Assembly: GCA_039024555.1 (NCBI GenBank)
Contig: JBCCQQ010000024.1
Coordinates: forward strand, 15,149-79,148
Source of the DNA: Cyanobacteria bacterium P01_D01_bin.156
GTDB lineage: Bacteria > Cyanobacteriota > Cyanobacteriia > Phormidesmidales > Phormidesmidaceae
DNA: 64,000 nt
Reading direction: 5' to 3'
Each line of letters opens with the position of its first letter. Position 1 is the first letter of the stretch. The notes beneath the pieces were generated by a model. The model had not been told where the DNA came from. It saw nothing but the letters and a program-made list of their open reading frames with translations, and did not search any database. The position numbers and the translations under genes are program-made. Positions 21,201-30,209 of the stretch are shown piece after piece.

Positions 21201-21921
21201 ACTGAGTGGTTTGCTTATTTTGGATTAGCTTAGCTTGAGCTGTACCACCAACTTGCTGCACCACGTGAGTCAACTCATGGGCCAGTAACTCCTTTCCACT
21301 GCTTGACCCTGGATTGTACTTCCCTGAATTAAAGTAAATATCTTGCCCATGGGTAAGTGCCTGGGCTTGAATACTGCTAGCCAGCGTCGGTGCTTCATGC
21401 ACCCGCACGCTACCAAAATCTGCCCCAAATCGGGGTTCCATATAAGCTCGGGTTTCATCCGACAGGGGACGACCGCCTCCCTTATGCTGGCCTAGCTGAT
21501 TCTCAAAGTTTTCAGGTACTGCTGGAGCAACTCCTTTAGCCTGAATATTAGGTTTTGCCTGGAGCGTATTGTCTTCTTCCTCTAACTCTCCCTCAGGCAT
21601 CCGCATTACTTTCGCGGCTACCTGGTCGGCCTCTTGCTCATATTTATCATTGGGCTGACCAATGGTGAGCTTGGCCTGAACCGGAGATTCGTCTTCCTCG
21701 TCTAAATCTGTATCCGTTTCACCCTGCCGTTGGATGGGTTGGGGGGCAGAGAGGGCATGGCCAAATAGGGCTGCATGGCTCAGTTGGGTTTGGAGGTCGG
21801 CAGTGCCCTGGTCTTCCGTTTCAGTTTCAGTGTCACCAAACGGTCGCACCGTCAGTTGCTGAAGTGGAGCTGACGCAATTGAGGAGGATTTGGTTTGGCT
21901 AGTATTGAGGGAAGAAGCCAT
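18289..21921 (-). CDS. DUF4157 (eCIS core) cargo protein with coiled coil, hydrophobic hairpin and C-terminal RNase A-like toxin domain
   Basis: MEPRFGADFGSVRVH...LLAHELTHVVQQ (DUF4157); C-terminal GHTARGH...KTNQQLQNR...AATRF...YKIVTAHP. Confidence 0.8.
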   Translation of the reverse strand: MASSLNTSQTKSSSIASAPLQQLTVRPFGDTETETEDQGTADLQTQLSHAALFGHALSAPQPIQRQGETDTDLDEEDESPVQAKLTIGQPNDKYEQEADQVAAKVMRMPEGELEEEDNTLQAKPNIQAKGVAPAVPENFENQLGQHKGGGRPLSDETRAYMEPRFGADFGSVRVHEAPTLASSIQAQALTHGQDIYFNSGKYNPGSSSGKELLAHELTHVVQQVGGTAQAKLIQNKQTTQFQEEEPSNTPAKQISALTSEALSNKNPLQTKTPAAAQTEKTAGNQEDQTQAKKALSDVDPAEKEQKKTELVAKTQPEVDQKQLELEQAGQEAQQASQATEQPSEQIGEAQAPKAPQGQTAQSASGQPQQADVPQQTSAQSADSPALPEQPQAVIPPEPVMPVDAGGMPLPGNPEVDAQIIQLAKQAQSLRDGGNQLLARAAQIRANAQIIRGNIQLVKQGVSQSEQGVTKTTEQLNFRQETLGQAKQALEVSEQKATTVAEQAPSFVGKSNQGQEKTQPMVSQANDLAGQSAANTHEDPEAAGKSREQGQKLNKVATDTATMDGAFSQTKAKAEELAAEAAQAQGINTQTSTQIGEMETTLGQSQERLTQMSEQNQQARTQAESLEGKPDEMISQAGVLEEKGRTLIQASVEIEQRLQQIQAEYQQAMNSVPAAKVAEQTGGSATGVIQRDIEEGRYDERENIDLVGDLSEAAPWLTGVDPATEEQRQAAAEAAEARRQQQITQINSIAGGSFENLSAGQKIGISLELMGQNIANSLSNIEWPDWRQLALSLVDPRTALTGVIGGLSQILSGGANLFSAEQWSKDPLGNFLKSAADIATGLTIILGSITALAAVITAIMGAITLVSLGTAAPVTGPVIAFCATVMTTVGGMTFKVGLVAAALHGLVLIKNLYDAATAETAEDLQNQSEQMTEDTKNAGGALLQAGMGKLAQWGGRKLQGNIAQAGGGKAYAAAMPGRVVTKVGNARQWLGQRFGRNKPTPASDPGLANRGYRPKPGERSMTREQWKAQDRSRRAGQSKAGQDVTRLDEPLGGTYRRGPQRGQPRMGHTARGHRASKTNQQLQNRASSSNIEAATRFANDPTHLRVVRTMRREAISGARGLTRGQHNLPNGTLEIIRRPGNTPTVGERLILSGRQFNFTTGRGFFGRRAPGGQLPGTPTGPLQKATLVLEMTGVDSSGNPIYKIVTAHPSL

Positions 21922-21996
21922 AGAGCGAATTCAAGTTTTATACATCTCTGCATTATTTCCTTTAGGAAATAATGCATCGTTAGCACACCTTCTTCT

Positions 21997-24120
21997 TTAG
22001 GAGGCAGAGGATCTCGCATTTGGGCTTGCTGCTGCCACACGTCCACGAACAATAACCTTGATTTCGAAATACTTCTCCATAGCATCTGCCTGTCGTGGAT
22101 AGTAAAGTGTTTGGGATCCACTCCGGGGCCAGGGATCGTATAAATAAACTTGACCTTTGGCATTAACACCAAGGGTTATCTCATGTCCTGGCTTACTACC
22201 CTGATTTGCGAAGGGTACAGCTAACATTAAGGCAACATCACGATAGTTCTGAAGTTTCATTGCCAAATTGTGAAGAGATTTAGGATGGGTATAAAATTTA
22301 CCAGGTTTAGGTAAATTTTTGACTGCATCTTTTCCTTGATAGCGACGTGGTTCTCTTTCTGCCCCAAAAAATTCTCGAATTTTTTGAGAAGAGCCTGGGC
22401 TAACCTCACCCTTTTCTATTTCATCCTGTTCGGTATAAGGTAATTCAGCATGTCCTAATGTGTCTATTTGTTTGAGTTCTTTAAAGTTTGTGCCTTGATA
22501 ATCAACTCCAGATTCATGAGCATTAGCAATAATATAAAGTGCTTCTGCCAAAAGACACAGTTCACTATAAGTGAAATTTTCTATTTTCTTGTTGTTAATC
22601 GCACTAGAAAGAGGATGTCTGATCCTCTCAATATCACCAGATGTTTTTGGATACTTTTTCTGGATTTCTCCTAATTTGCTATGAGCCTCTTTGGCTACTC
22701 GTTTAACTGCCCTTGCACCAGATTGAATATGAACTGCAAGAACTGCATGAGGCACACATCGTATGTCATCTAATAGAGTTAGGGAGGCTACATCAATTTG
22801 AGTTAATCGATGTAGAATCTTGCCACCATCCCATTTCCCACTCGGAGCTATTACATCTCCTCCTTTACTTTTCATTTCAGGATCAACAGTATTTCCAGAT
22901 TCATCTTTTTTGTCATTATAAGGAAGCCTAGGCTTTTCTTCCTGCAACCATGACTCAAGTTTGGGAACTATTGTCTCACTGGTGTAGCCTTCCCATTTCT
23001 GTTTTCCTTTCGGTAAAACAGACCAACAAACATCACGAACTAATGTTATGTTCGTAGGAACAGTTTCCTCCCATCCAGATTTGCTTGATCCACTTCTAAC
23101 CAATCTTCGAATTTTATAGCCTCTTTTTTTGAGAGCTCTACGACGCCAATCATATGCACCTTTATTGTTTTGATACCATTCCCAGTAGGTTGTACCAGAA
23201 GATTTACATTGAATTTGATTTCCTGATTGCTGGAGCGTATGAGTCAACTCATGCGCCAACAACTCCTTCCCACCACTCGAGCCCGGATTATACTTCCCCG
23301 AATTAAAATAAATATCCTGCCCATGGGTAAACGCCTGGGCCTGAATCGCATTCGCCAAATCCGGGGTCTCATGCACCCTCACCCCACCAAAATCCGCACC
23401 AAAACGCGGTTCCATAAACGCCCGCGTCTGATCCGATAGCGGCTGACCGCCACCCCGATGGCTCGCCAACTGTCCCTCAAACCCTCCAGGAACAGCAGGA
23501 GTTCCTCCTTTCGCCTGCAAAGTCTCTTCCTCTTTCTCTTCTTCTTCAGACATGGTCTCCCGCTGCACAGCAGGTCTCGTCTGCAATTCTTCTTCCTCTT
23601 GAGATTCAGGCATTGCCTGTCGTTGCAGCCTCGCCTGAGCCAATTCATCCTCTTCAGAAATCTCTTCCCGTTGCACTAAAGGCTTAGCCTGAATCTCCTC
23701 CTCTTCCTCAGCCTGTCGCTGCACCACTTCCCCTTTTTCTGTTACCCCTTGCCCAAACGCCCCATCCGGCATCCGCATAACTTTTGCCGCCATCTGGTCC
23801 GCTTCTTGCTCATACTTATCCCCTGGCTGCCCAATCGTCAGCTTCGTCTGCACCGGCAGCTCTTCTTCCTCTTCTAAACCAGCCTCAGCCTGTCGCTGTA
23901 CAGTCTGCTCTTCCTCTTTCAAATCCGGTTCCGCCTGCCGCTGAATCGATTGATCCATACCATGGCCAAACTGCACCGCATGGTCCAACTGGGTCTGCAC
24001 ATCAGTTCCTTGGGCCTGATCAATTGCCGGATCGCCAAACCCTCGCAATGTTTGCCGTTGGACATTGGCATTGTTTGCAGGTGCTGACTTTGCTTTGGAA
24101 ACACTGGGAGCAAATGGCAT
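21997..24120 (-). CDS. DUF4157 (eCIS core) cargo protein with uncharacterised C-terminal domain
   Basis: DUF4157 motif LLAHELTHTLQQ, acidic QR repeats, AT-rich C-terminal 400 aa. Confidence 0.8.
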   Translation of the reverse strand: MPFAPSVSKAKSAPANNANVQRQTLRGFGDPAIDQAQGTDVQTQLDHAVQFGHGMDQSIQRQAEPDLKEEEQTVQRQAEAGLEEEEELPVQTKLTIGQPGDKYEQEADQMAAKVMRMPDGAFGQGVTEKGEVVQRQAEEEEEIQAKPLVQREEISEEDELAQARLQRQAMPESQEEEELQTRPAVQRETMSEEEEKEEETLQAKGGTPAVPGGFEGQLASHRGGGQPLSDQTRAFMEPRFGADFGGVRVHETPDLANAIQAQAFTHGQDIYFNSGKYNPGSSGGKELLAHELTHTLQQSGNQIQCKSSGTTYWEWYQNNKGAYDWRRRALKKRGYKIRRLVRSGSSKSGWEETVPTNITLVRDVCWSVLPKGKQKWEGYTSETIVPKLESWLQEEKPRLPYNDKKDESGNTVDPEMKSKGGDVIAPSGKWDGGKILHRLTQIDVASLTLLDDIRCVPHAVLAVHIQSGARAVKRVAKEAHSKLGEIQKKYPKTSGDIERIRHPLSSAINNKKIENFTYSELCLLAEALYIIANAHESGVDYQGTNFKELKQIDTLGHAELPYTEQDEIEKGEVSPGSSQKIREFFGAEREPRRYQGKDAVKNLPKPGKFYTHPKSLHNLAMKLQNYRDVALMLAVPFANQGSKPGHEITLGVNAKGQVYLYDPWPRSGSQTLYYPRQADAMEKYFEIKVIVRGRVAAASPNARSSAS

Positions 24121-24333
24121 GGGACAAACTCCGACTAGGAAAAATAATTTAGAACAGCTTTAAAAATGGAGATATATTACTTAAATAGAAAAATTAGAGG
24201 GCTAATATCCTCCTCTTCGTAAGGTGATAAAGTTGTCCAGCTCCCTTCCTGACGGTCCCTCTAAAGCCCACTGGACATGGGCTGAAGCCTAACGCAAGGA
24301 GAACCATGGTTACAGTCTCCAAAATATTTGAAG

Positions 24334-26298
24334 TTAGCTTCTTACCCATCCTTTCACCTCCGAATCCGTAATCGACCGTTCTAACTTGCCATACTCCCGT
24401 TGAGCCGCCTGTAGCAAATGGTGCATCTGCACTGGCTGTTCATCGTCTGCTGCTAAGAATGCTGCATTCAGCGCAATATTACGAATATTGCCCCCAGCCA
24501 CATTCAGCTTGGCCAGCTTCCTAAAGTCTAGCCCGTCCGTCGGTGTCTGACTCGGAAACATCCGCTGCCAGATGGCAGTACGCTGAGACCAGTCAGGAAA
24601 GGGAAACTGCACCATAAAACGGATACGACGCATAAAGGCACGGTCAATGGCATCGGGTAAATTGGTGGTGAGAATCGCCAACCCCCGATAGGATTCCATG
24701 CGTTGTAGTAAGTAGCTCACTTCAATGTTGGCATAGCGATCGTGACTGTCTTTGACTTCATTACGCTTACCAAATAGGGCATCGGCTTCATCGAAAAGCA
24801 GTATTGCTCCACCGGTTTCGGCAGCATCAAACACACGGCTGAGATTTTTTTCCGTCTCGCCAATGTATTTACTAATGACGGCACTGAGATCAATCTTGTA
24901 GAGGTCTAGGTCTAGAACATTCGCTAATACTTCTGCGGCTAAGGTTTTTCCTGTACCGCTGGACCCAGCAAATAGGGCTGTAATACCTAATCCTCGACCA
25001 TTTTGCCCTGCAAAGCCCCAGGTTTGATAGACCTTAGCTTTTTGTTGCAGATGAGCTTCTAGTTCCTGCAGCTTGGCAATTTGTGCCCCAGGCAAGACTA
25101 AATCTTCCCAGGTAGCTCGGGCATGAATACGCTGGGCCAAGGATTCTAAACGAGGACGGGCCTGATTTCGACAGGCTTGCCATAGATGGTGGGCCTGGGG
25201 GGTATCTGTTTGGTGGTCTAACTGCCCTAGGGCCTCACCGTAGGCAGACTCAATCATCGGAGCATTGAGATTAAACTGGCTGGTAATTTGCTGCAGATGA
25301 CCGTTTAATTCTGTTGCGGCAGCTCCCAGGTTGGTCTGCCACAGGTGCTGTTGCTCGGCTGTAGTGGGCAGATCGACTTCGAAGCTAACGGTGGGCTGGG
25401 TCAGCTGTTGTCGGGTGGGGCTAGAAAGGATCACCAGTCCAGAAATATCTTCGATAAACCGATTGAGGGTATTAGCTTGCTCGGAGCTACTGGACCATTC
25501 TAAAAGCAGGCCGCTCTGGCTAAGGTGAGCTTCTCGTTGCCAACGTCGGGCTAGACGATTTAGATCAAGGGCATTAGCAGGTAGGCTCTGGGCATTGAGG
25601 CGATGGAGGGTGAGACCAAGTTGGGTAGCGGCGGTTTGGGCAATAGTGGTGCGATCGCATCCTTCTCCCCTCCATAGCTGTAGTACAGACTGGGACCGTT
25701 GCCAGGTCTTCACCAATCTATCTGCCAATAACTGATGGGATGACACCAGATTACCTGCATCGGTCAAGGGTTTGACAAGTCCGATGAGTTGTTCATCCAG
25801 GGGATTACTGCCCGTTAGAAAGTGAAGTATTCGCTCATCGATGCGCAATGGGCTCATAGTCAGAGAACGGCCTGGTCCGATTTCCACCAACTGCCAATGG
25901 CGTAGGGGGGTGCCTGTGGAGAGCGATGTCCAGCTGGATTCTGGCAAATTTCCCAAGGCCAAACTAAACGTAGGATAATTGCGTTGAGCATCCCCATGGA
26001 GTGCCGCAAATATAGGGGCAAAGGTGGCATCTAGCTCCATTCCAGCACAAAGCAACAGAATCTCCCGTTCAAAGGTCGACAGCTGACAAAGCTGACAGAG
26101 CCGTGGCAGTGCGGGCTGAAAAACGTTAAGGGATTGAAACTGTTGTATAGCAATATCTACAGACGGCACATTGGACAACATTGGTAGCTCCATAGAAGCC
26201 TGTCGCAGTCGTTCTACCAGTCGAGCTTTGACCACAGTGATTGCCGCACTCAGATGATGTTGATTCTCAGATATCCATTGATGGTTGGGATTACGCAT
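24334..26298 (-). CDS. eCIS AAA+ ATPase (Afp15/Pvc15-like)
   Basis: GSSGTGKT, SKYIGETEKNL, LLFDEADALFGKR and DRYANIEVSYLLQRME motifs; start placed at ATG 26298. Confidence 0.9.
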   Translation of the reverse strand: MRNPNHQWISENQHHLSAAITVVKARLVERLRQASMELPMLSNVPSVDIAIQQFQSLNVFQPALPRLCQLCQLSTFEREILLLCAGMELDATFAPIFAALHGDAQRNYPTFSLALGNLPESSWTSLSTGTPLRHWQLVEIGPGRSLTMSPLRIDERILHFLTGSNPLDEQLIGLVKPLTDAGNLVSSHQLLADRLVKTWQRSQSVLQLWRGEGCDRTTIAQTAATQLGLTLHRLNAQSLPANALDLNRLARRWQREAHLSQSGLLLEWSSSSEQANTLNRFIEDISGLVILSSPTRQQLTQPTVSFEVDLPTTAEQQHLWQTNLGAAATELNGHLQQITSQFNLNAPMIESAYGEALGQLDHQTDTPQAHHLWQACRNQARPRLESLAQRIHARATWEDLVLPGAQIAKLQELEAHLQQKAKVYQTWGFAGQNGRGLGITALFAGSSGTGKTLAAEVLANVLDLDLYKIDLSAVISKYIGETEKNLSRVFDAAETGGAILLFDEADALFGKRNEVKDSHDRYANIEVSYLLQRMESYRGLAILTTNLPDAIDRAFMRRIRFMVQFPFPDWSQRTAIWQRMFPSQTPTDGLDFRKLAKLNVAGGNIRNIALNAAFLAADDEQPVQMHHLLQAAQREYGKLERSITDSEVKGWVRS

Positions 26299-26326
26299 AA
26301 TTCTGATGAGGTCTCTGAGATATCGC

Positions 26327-26353
26327 GGGGTATCCACAAGGGAGTGCCCCTAC
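26327..26353 (-). repeat. GTAG-type REP-like hairpin, second copy
   Basis: Reverse complement reads GTAGGGGCACTCCCTTGTGGATACCCC, close to the copy at 9881. Confidence 0.55.
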
Positions 26354-26367
26354 AATTAGATTTGGTG

Positions 26368-27678
26368 TTATGGGGTAGCTCCAACAGTCACCGTCGGACC
26401 AATATAGCGCTGTAACATGGGATTTTCTGACTCCGGTGCATCGACTTCTAAAGGACTCTCGGCCCCGTCAATTTGTACTCTCACAAGATAAGTACCAGCC
26501 CGAATCTCTTTTAGGGAGAACGCTAACTGACTAGTTTCTGCTGTTCTGCGGTCTCCTTTACAGACGTAAACTTGAGTATCTCGCTCGTGATCATTTAAGA
26601 GCAGATAGGTACTCTGGTGGGGATCAACCGTCACATCAACGGTCAAACTGAGTAAGCCGTCATACACATCTTCATCCCGTTCTGTTAGCTCTAGGGGACG
26701 ATCAGTTGTTGACAGAATCGTTGGACACAGCACAATCGGCACTAGGTTAGACAAAATTGAAAAATCCTGCTCGCTGCTGCCGTTGTTAACGGTTTCCACA
26801 TGGGCCACGCGAATACCCTGAGCTCCTGCGCGCAGCTGTGCCCTCTCGGTCAATGGTAAATTCGCTAGGGTGATTTCTATTTTTTGTTTACTCACCTGTT
26901 GAGGCGTCAGACAAGCCTGGCCCAAGTGTACTTGGACTCTGGTGTTTTCTGAATTATTGGCTTGCCCACTTTGTAGCTGTCGACCCTGTAGTACCAAATG
27001 GCTGTCGAGGGTGATGGGGGTATTTAGACTACCGGGAGTCGTCACTTTATCGAGGACGGGGCGTACAGGGGATGTAAAGAACCGACGACTGCGTACAGGT
27101 AGGGGAGATTTACCAGGTTTACGTCCCTGAATCACTACAGCAGTCGCTTGATAAGCGAAAGAGAGAGAATAGGGAATCTGAAAAAAAACTGACCACACCC
27201 GAGATAGTTCCTCAGTGGTCATGTCACTGGGGAAGAACTTAACCATCTGTACCTGTTCGGCTAGGGTGGAACCATCTAGTTCTCGTATGGTTGAACTTGC
27301 CGTAGTTTCACGAATTAGCTCCTGTGTTATCAAGGGGTTATCCACTAGGGTTTGAATCGTGCTACCCATTAGCCGTTGGGGTTCTAACCGTTGTTCGTTA
27401 CCGTAAAAAGTAAAAATATAATGTAGGTCTAAACTTGCCTGACCGTGTTTGACCAAATCCCCTTTGGGGCGTCGGGTTCTAAGATCGGCATTACGCCAGG
27501 CAGTATTAGGTGTGGCGTGATAAAGAAATACATTAATCCGGGCACCGGCTACATTTCCGCCTGGTGCATCGGGGCGCTGGGTGGTGATTTGGGCACCGGG
27601 TATATCCTGGGAAATGCCCTCTTGCAATAGCTTATTGAGTACAGCGGTGACGGTTGCGATCGCAAGATGATTACTCAT
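26368..27678 (-). CDS. DUF4255 / Pvc16-like tail terminator (cap) protein with C-terminal extension
   Basis: MSNHLAIATVTAVL start, INVFLY..PN.AWRN.DL and EELSRVWS motifs. Confidence 0.85.
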   Translation of the reverse strand: MSNHLAIATVTAVLNKLLQEGISQDIPGAQITTQRPDAPGGNVAGARINVFLYHATPNTAWRNADLRTRRPKGDLVKHGQASLDLHYIFTFYGNEQRLEPQRLMGSTIQTLVDNPLITQELIRETTASSTIRELDGSTLAEQVQMVKFFPSDMTTEELSRVWSVFFQIPYSLSFAYQATAVVIQGRKPGKSPLPVRSRRFFTSPVRPVLDKVTTPGSLNTPITLDSHLVLQGRQLQSGQANNSENTRVQVHLGQACLTPQQVSKQKIEITLANLPLTERAQLRAGAQGIRVAHVETVNNGSSEQDFSILSNLVPIVLCPTILSTTDRPLELTERDEDVYDGLLSLTVDVTVDPHQSTYLLLNDHERDTQVYVCKGDRRTAETSQLAFSLKEIRAGTYLVRVQIDGAESPLEVDAPESENPMLQRYIGPTVTVGATP

Positions 27679-27862
27679 ATGCAGTTCCCTATAGCTAACA
27701 TCACGCGCCACAACTCTAGTTACAACGACGCAGTTGGCCAAACTTCGCATCGTTTGGAGCAAAAACACACATAGCTTCAGATTGGAGCAACAATTGTGGC
27801 CAACAGTAGACAAGTGCCGTAGGATTGGGTGAACAAGTATGACGTCTTAGGAAAAATCTCCC

Positions 27863-29698
27863 ATGGGTAGCCGTTGGTGGCGTTATTTAGTGCCAGCGTG
27901 GGCTGTGATTAATTTAGGCGCAAGCACACCAGCTTGGGCTCAAAATGCTGAATTTGAGCTAGAGGATTTTGACTTTTGGGCTGAGCAATGTTTGCTACTG
28001 AGCCAAGACACGGACTATGAAAAGACGATTGAAGCCTGTGAAACAGCCATTGGCCTTAAGCGCAAACGAGATAATTTAGAACTATGGTCAGCCCGCAGCC
28101 GCGCCCTGTTTGAACTGGGCGACTATGTAGAAGCCATTGGCTCCTATAATCGTGTGCTGCAGGTGGCTCCCCGTGAGTCGGTGGCGCTGGCCTACCAGTG
28201 TGCCGCCTATGTACAGCTTTCTCGTTTGGACGATGCCATTGCCACGTGTGAACAAGCCTTAGCCATTAACGGTAGCTGGGGAACGGACTCTCCCGCATTG
28301 GCCTGGTACTACCATGGCCTAGCGTTACACACCATGGGACGGTTAGAAACGGCCCTGGGCTCCTATGGACGTGCCTTGAGGATTGATCCTGAGAACGTTA
28401 TGGCCCGTGCAGGACAATGTGCAGTGTCCGCTGAATTAGGGAATCCCAATGACAGATTGGGTGGATGCTCGCTGGGAGAGTCGGTCATTGCTTACGAGCA
28501 AGCCCTGGCAAAACAGCCCGATACGGAGACTCTCTGGTTTCAACAGGGACTCGCCCTAGAACAGCTGGGGCGATATGCCCAAGCCCTCACTTCCTATGAA
28601 CAAGCAATCGCCCTGGTGGAAGACTATTCCCTAGCCCTAGCCCATCAATGCGCGGTGCTCAACCAGTTAAAATCGTTTGAAACAGCCCTGACGGCCTGCG
28701 ATGCAGCCTTAGCGGGCAATGGCAAATGGGACCGATTAGGCCCTGGCTATGCCTGGAGCCAGCGCAGCACTGCCCAGGTGGGCATGGGTGCCTATGAGGA
28801 CGGTTTAGCCTCGGCGGAGCGAGCGGTAGCCCTATTGCCGAATTATCCGGGGGGCTGGAACAATAAGGCCGTGAGCCTATGGTATTTGAGCAGGCTTGAC
28901 GACGCCAAAATAGCGATTAATACTGCCTTTACCAAAGAGAATGAGATCTTAGAAACACTGGCAATAGAAACCTTTGATCGCTCCTATCAAGAGTCTCCTG
29001 TTCTCTTTTCCCGTCGTCGGGTGTTTACCGCATTTAACCAGGGCTCAATTTTGTTAGATCTGGATAACTACACAACCGCGATTGTTGCCTTTCGGCGAGC
29101 AGAGTCGGTATTAAATGAGTGGGAGTCAGCGGAGGTACAGCTGGTGACCAATGAGTTTCAAGCACAGCTATGGTCTAACTTTGCGATCGCGCTTAGTAAA
29201 ACCGGTGGCCCTGGACAAGCCTGGCAAGCTAGAGACTATGCCCATCAAGCAACTGAGATTGCTCCCGATACCTATGAGATTCAATACAGCATGGGTCTGG
29301 TACAAACAGATATAGGCAGCTATAGAGGTGCGTTTGAAGCCCTATCAAAAGCCACTGAGCTGCAGCCGGACCACCCAGATTTAATGGCTGCATGGTACAA
29401 ACTAGGGACAGTGGCTCTGCAACAGTATCAGATATCCATTGCTTGGCAAGCTCTACAACAGGCAGCCATCCTCACGCCTGACAATGTTGACATTGCCATA
29501 AAGCAAGGCGATGTACTTGTGCGGGCAGGCTGTTCTCAGGAAGCATTACAGTTTTTTGAAATGCTACTCAATGTTGCTCCAGATAACACACTCGTTGCCG
29601 AGCGCCATGGTGAACTTGTTGCAGCATTAGGTCATTCACCATTTGTAAATGCATCAGTTGTGGATGTCAGCCAATGTACACCTATTTTTGACTCATAA
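27863..29698 (+). CDS. Exported tetratricopeptide repeat protein
   Basis: Signal peptide ending AWA-Q; many TPR units such as AWYYHGLALHTMGRLETALGSYGRAL. Confidence 0.85.
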   Translation: MGSRWWRYLVPAWAVINLGASTPAWAQNAEFELEDFDFWAEQCLLLSQDTDYEKTIEACETAIGLKRKRDNLELWSARSRALFELGDYVEAIGSYNRVLQVAPRESVALAYQCAAYVQLSRLDDAIATCEQALAINGSWGTDSPALAWYYHGLALHTMGRLETALGSYGRALRIDPENVMARAGQCAVSAELGNPNDRLGGCSLGESVIAYEQALAKQPDTETLWFQQGLALEQLGRYAQALTSYEQAIALVEDYSLALAHQCAVLNQLKSFETALTACDAALAGNGKWDRLGPGYAWSQRSTAQVGMGAYEDGLASAERAVALLPNYPGGWNNKAVSLWYLSRLDDAKIAINTAFTKENEILETLAIETFDRSYQESPVLFSRRRVFTAFNQGSILLDLDNYTTAIVAFRRAESVLNEWESAEVQLVTNEFQAQLWSNFAIALSKTGGPGQAWQARDYAHQATEIAPDTYEIQYSMGLVQTDIGSYRGAFEALSKATELQPDHPDLMAAWYKLGTVALQQYQISIAWQALQQAAILTPDNVDIAIKQGDVLVRAGCSQEALQFFEMLLNVAPDNTLVAERHGELVAALGHSPFVNASVVDVSQCTPIFDS

Positions 29699-29834
29699 TT
29701 GCCTTTGTTTGCCGTTGCTGATTTAGAGTACGAAACGATCTGTAGAAAAAGCTACGTATCAGTATTCTTTTCCAAACGTCATATTGAGGATCAGCAATGC
29801 CCTTTATTGTTTCTCATTCTCTTATCAGCTCATT

Positions 29835-30209
29835 ATGACTAGTCTTTTTGCCACCACCTTTAAGTTTGTTCTGCCTAAGGGACTTATTGATGCTGACGGC
29901 AATTTACATCGTCAGGGACATATGCGTTTAGCCACTGCTAAAGATGAAATAATATGCGCCCAGAATACAATGGTCCAAGCAGATCCAGGCTATAGCACCT
30001 TGGTTATGTTATCCCAGGTTATTGAGCACCTAGGAGCCCTGGAGACAATTACACCGGATCTATTAGAGAATCTTTTTCGTACTGATTTTCAATATCTCAA
30101 ACTGTTTTACGAACAAATTCATCAGGGAGCCACCGCAGAACTCACCACCCAATGTCCTCAATGCCAGCATAGCTTTAGTGTGGAGCTTACCCCCTCGGAA
30201 AAGCCCTAG
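29835..30209 (+). CDS. CIS tail assembly chaperone with C-terminal CxxC
   Basis: FVLPKGLIDADGNLHRQGHMRLATAKDEI motif; paralogue of 43048-43401; CPQC near the end. Confidence 0.8.
   Translation: MTSLFATTFKFVLPKGLIDADGNLHRQGHMRLATAKDEIICAQNTMVQADPGYSTLVMLSQVIEHLGALETITPDLLENLFRTDFQYLKLFYEQIHQGATAELTTQCPQCQHSFSVELTPSEKP

Noticed and set aside
26299..26337. Longer N-terminus of the AAA ATPase from the ORF track
   Set aside because: The upstream GTG falls inside the REP-like hairpin; ATG 26298 is more plausible
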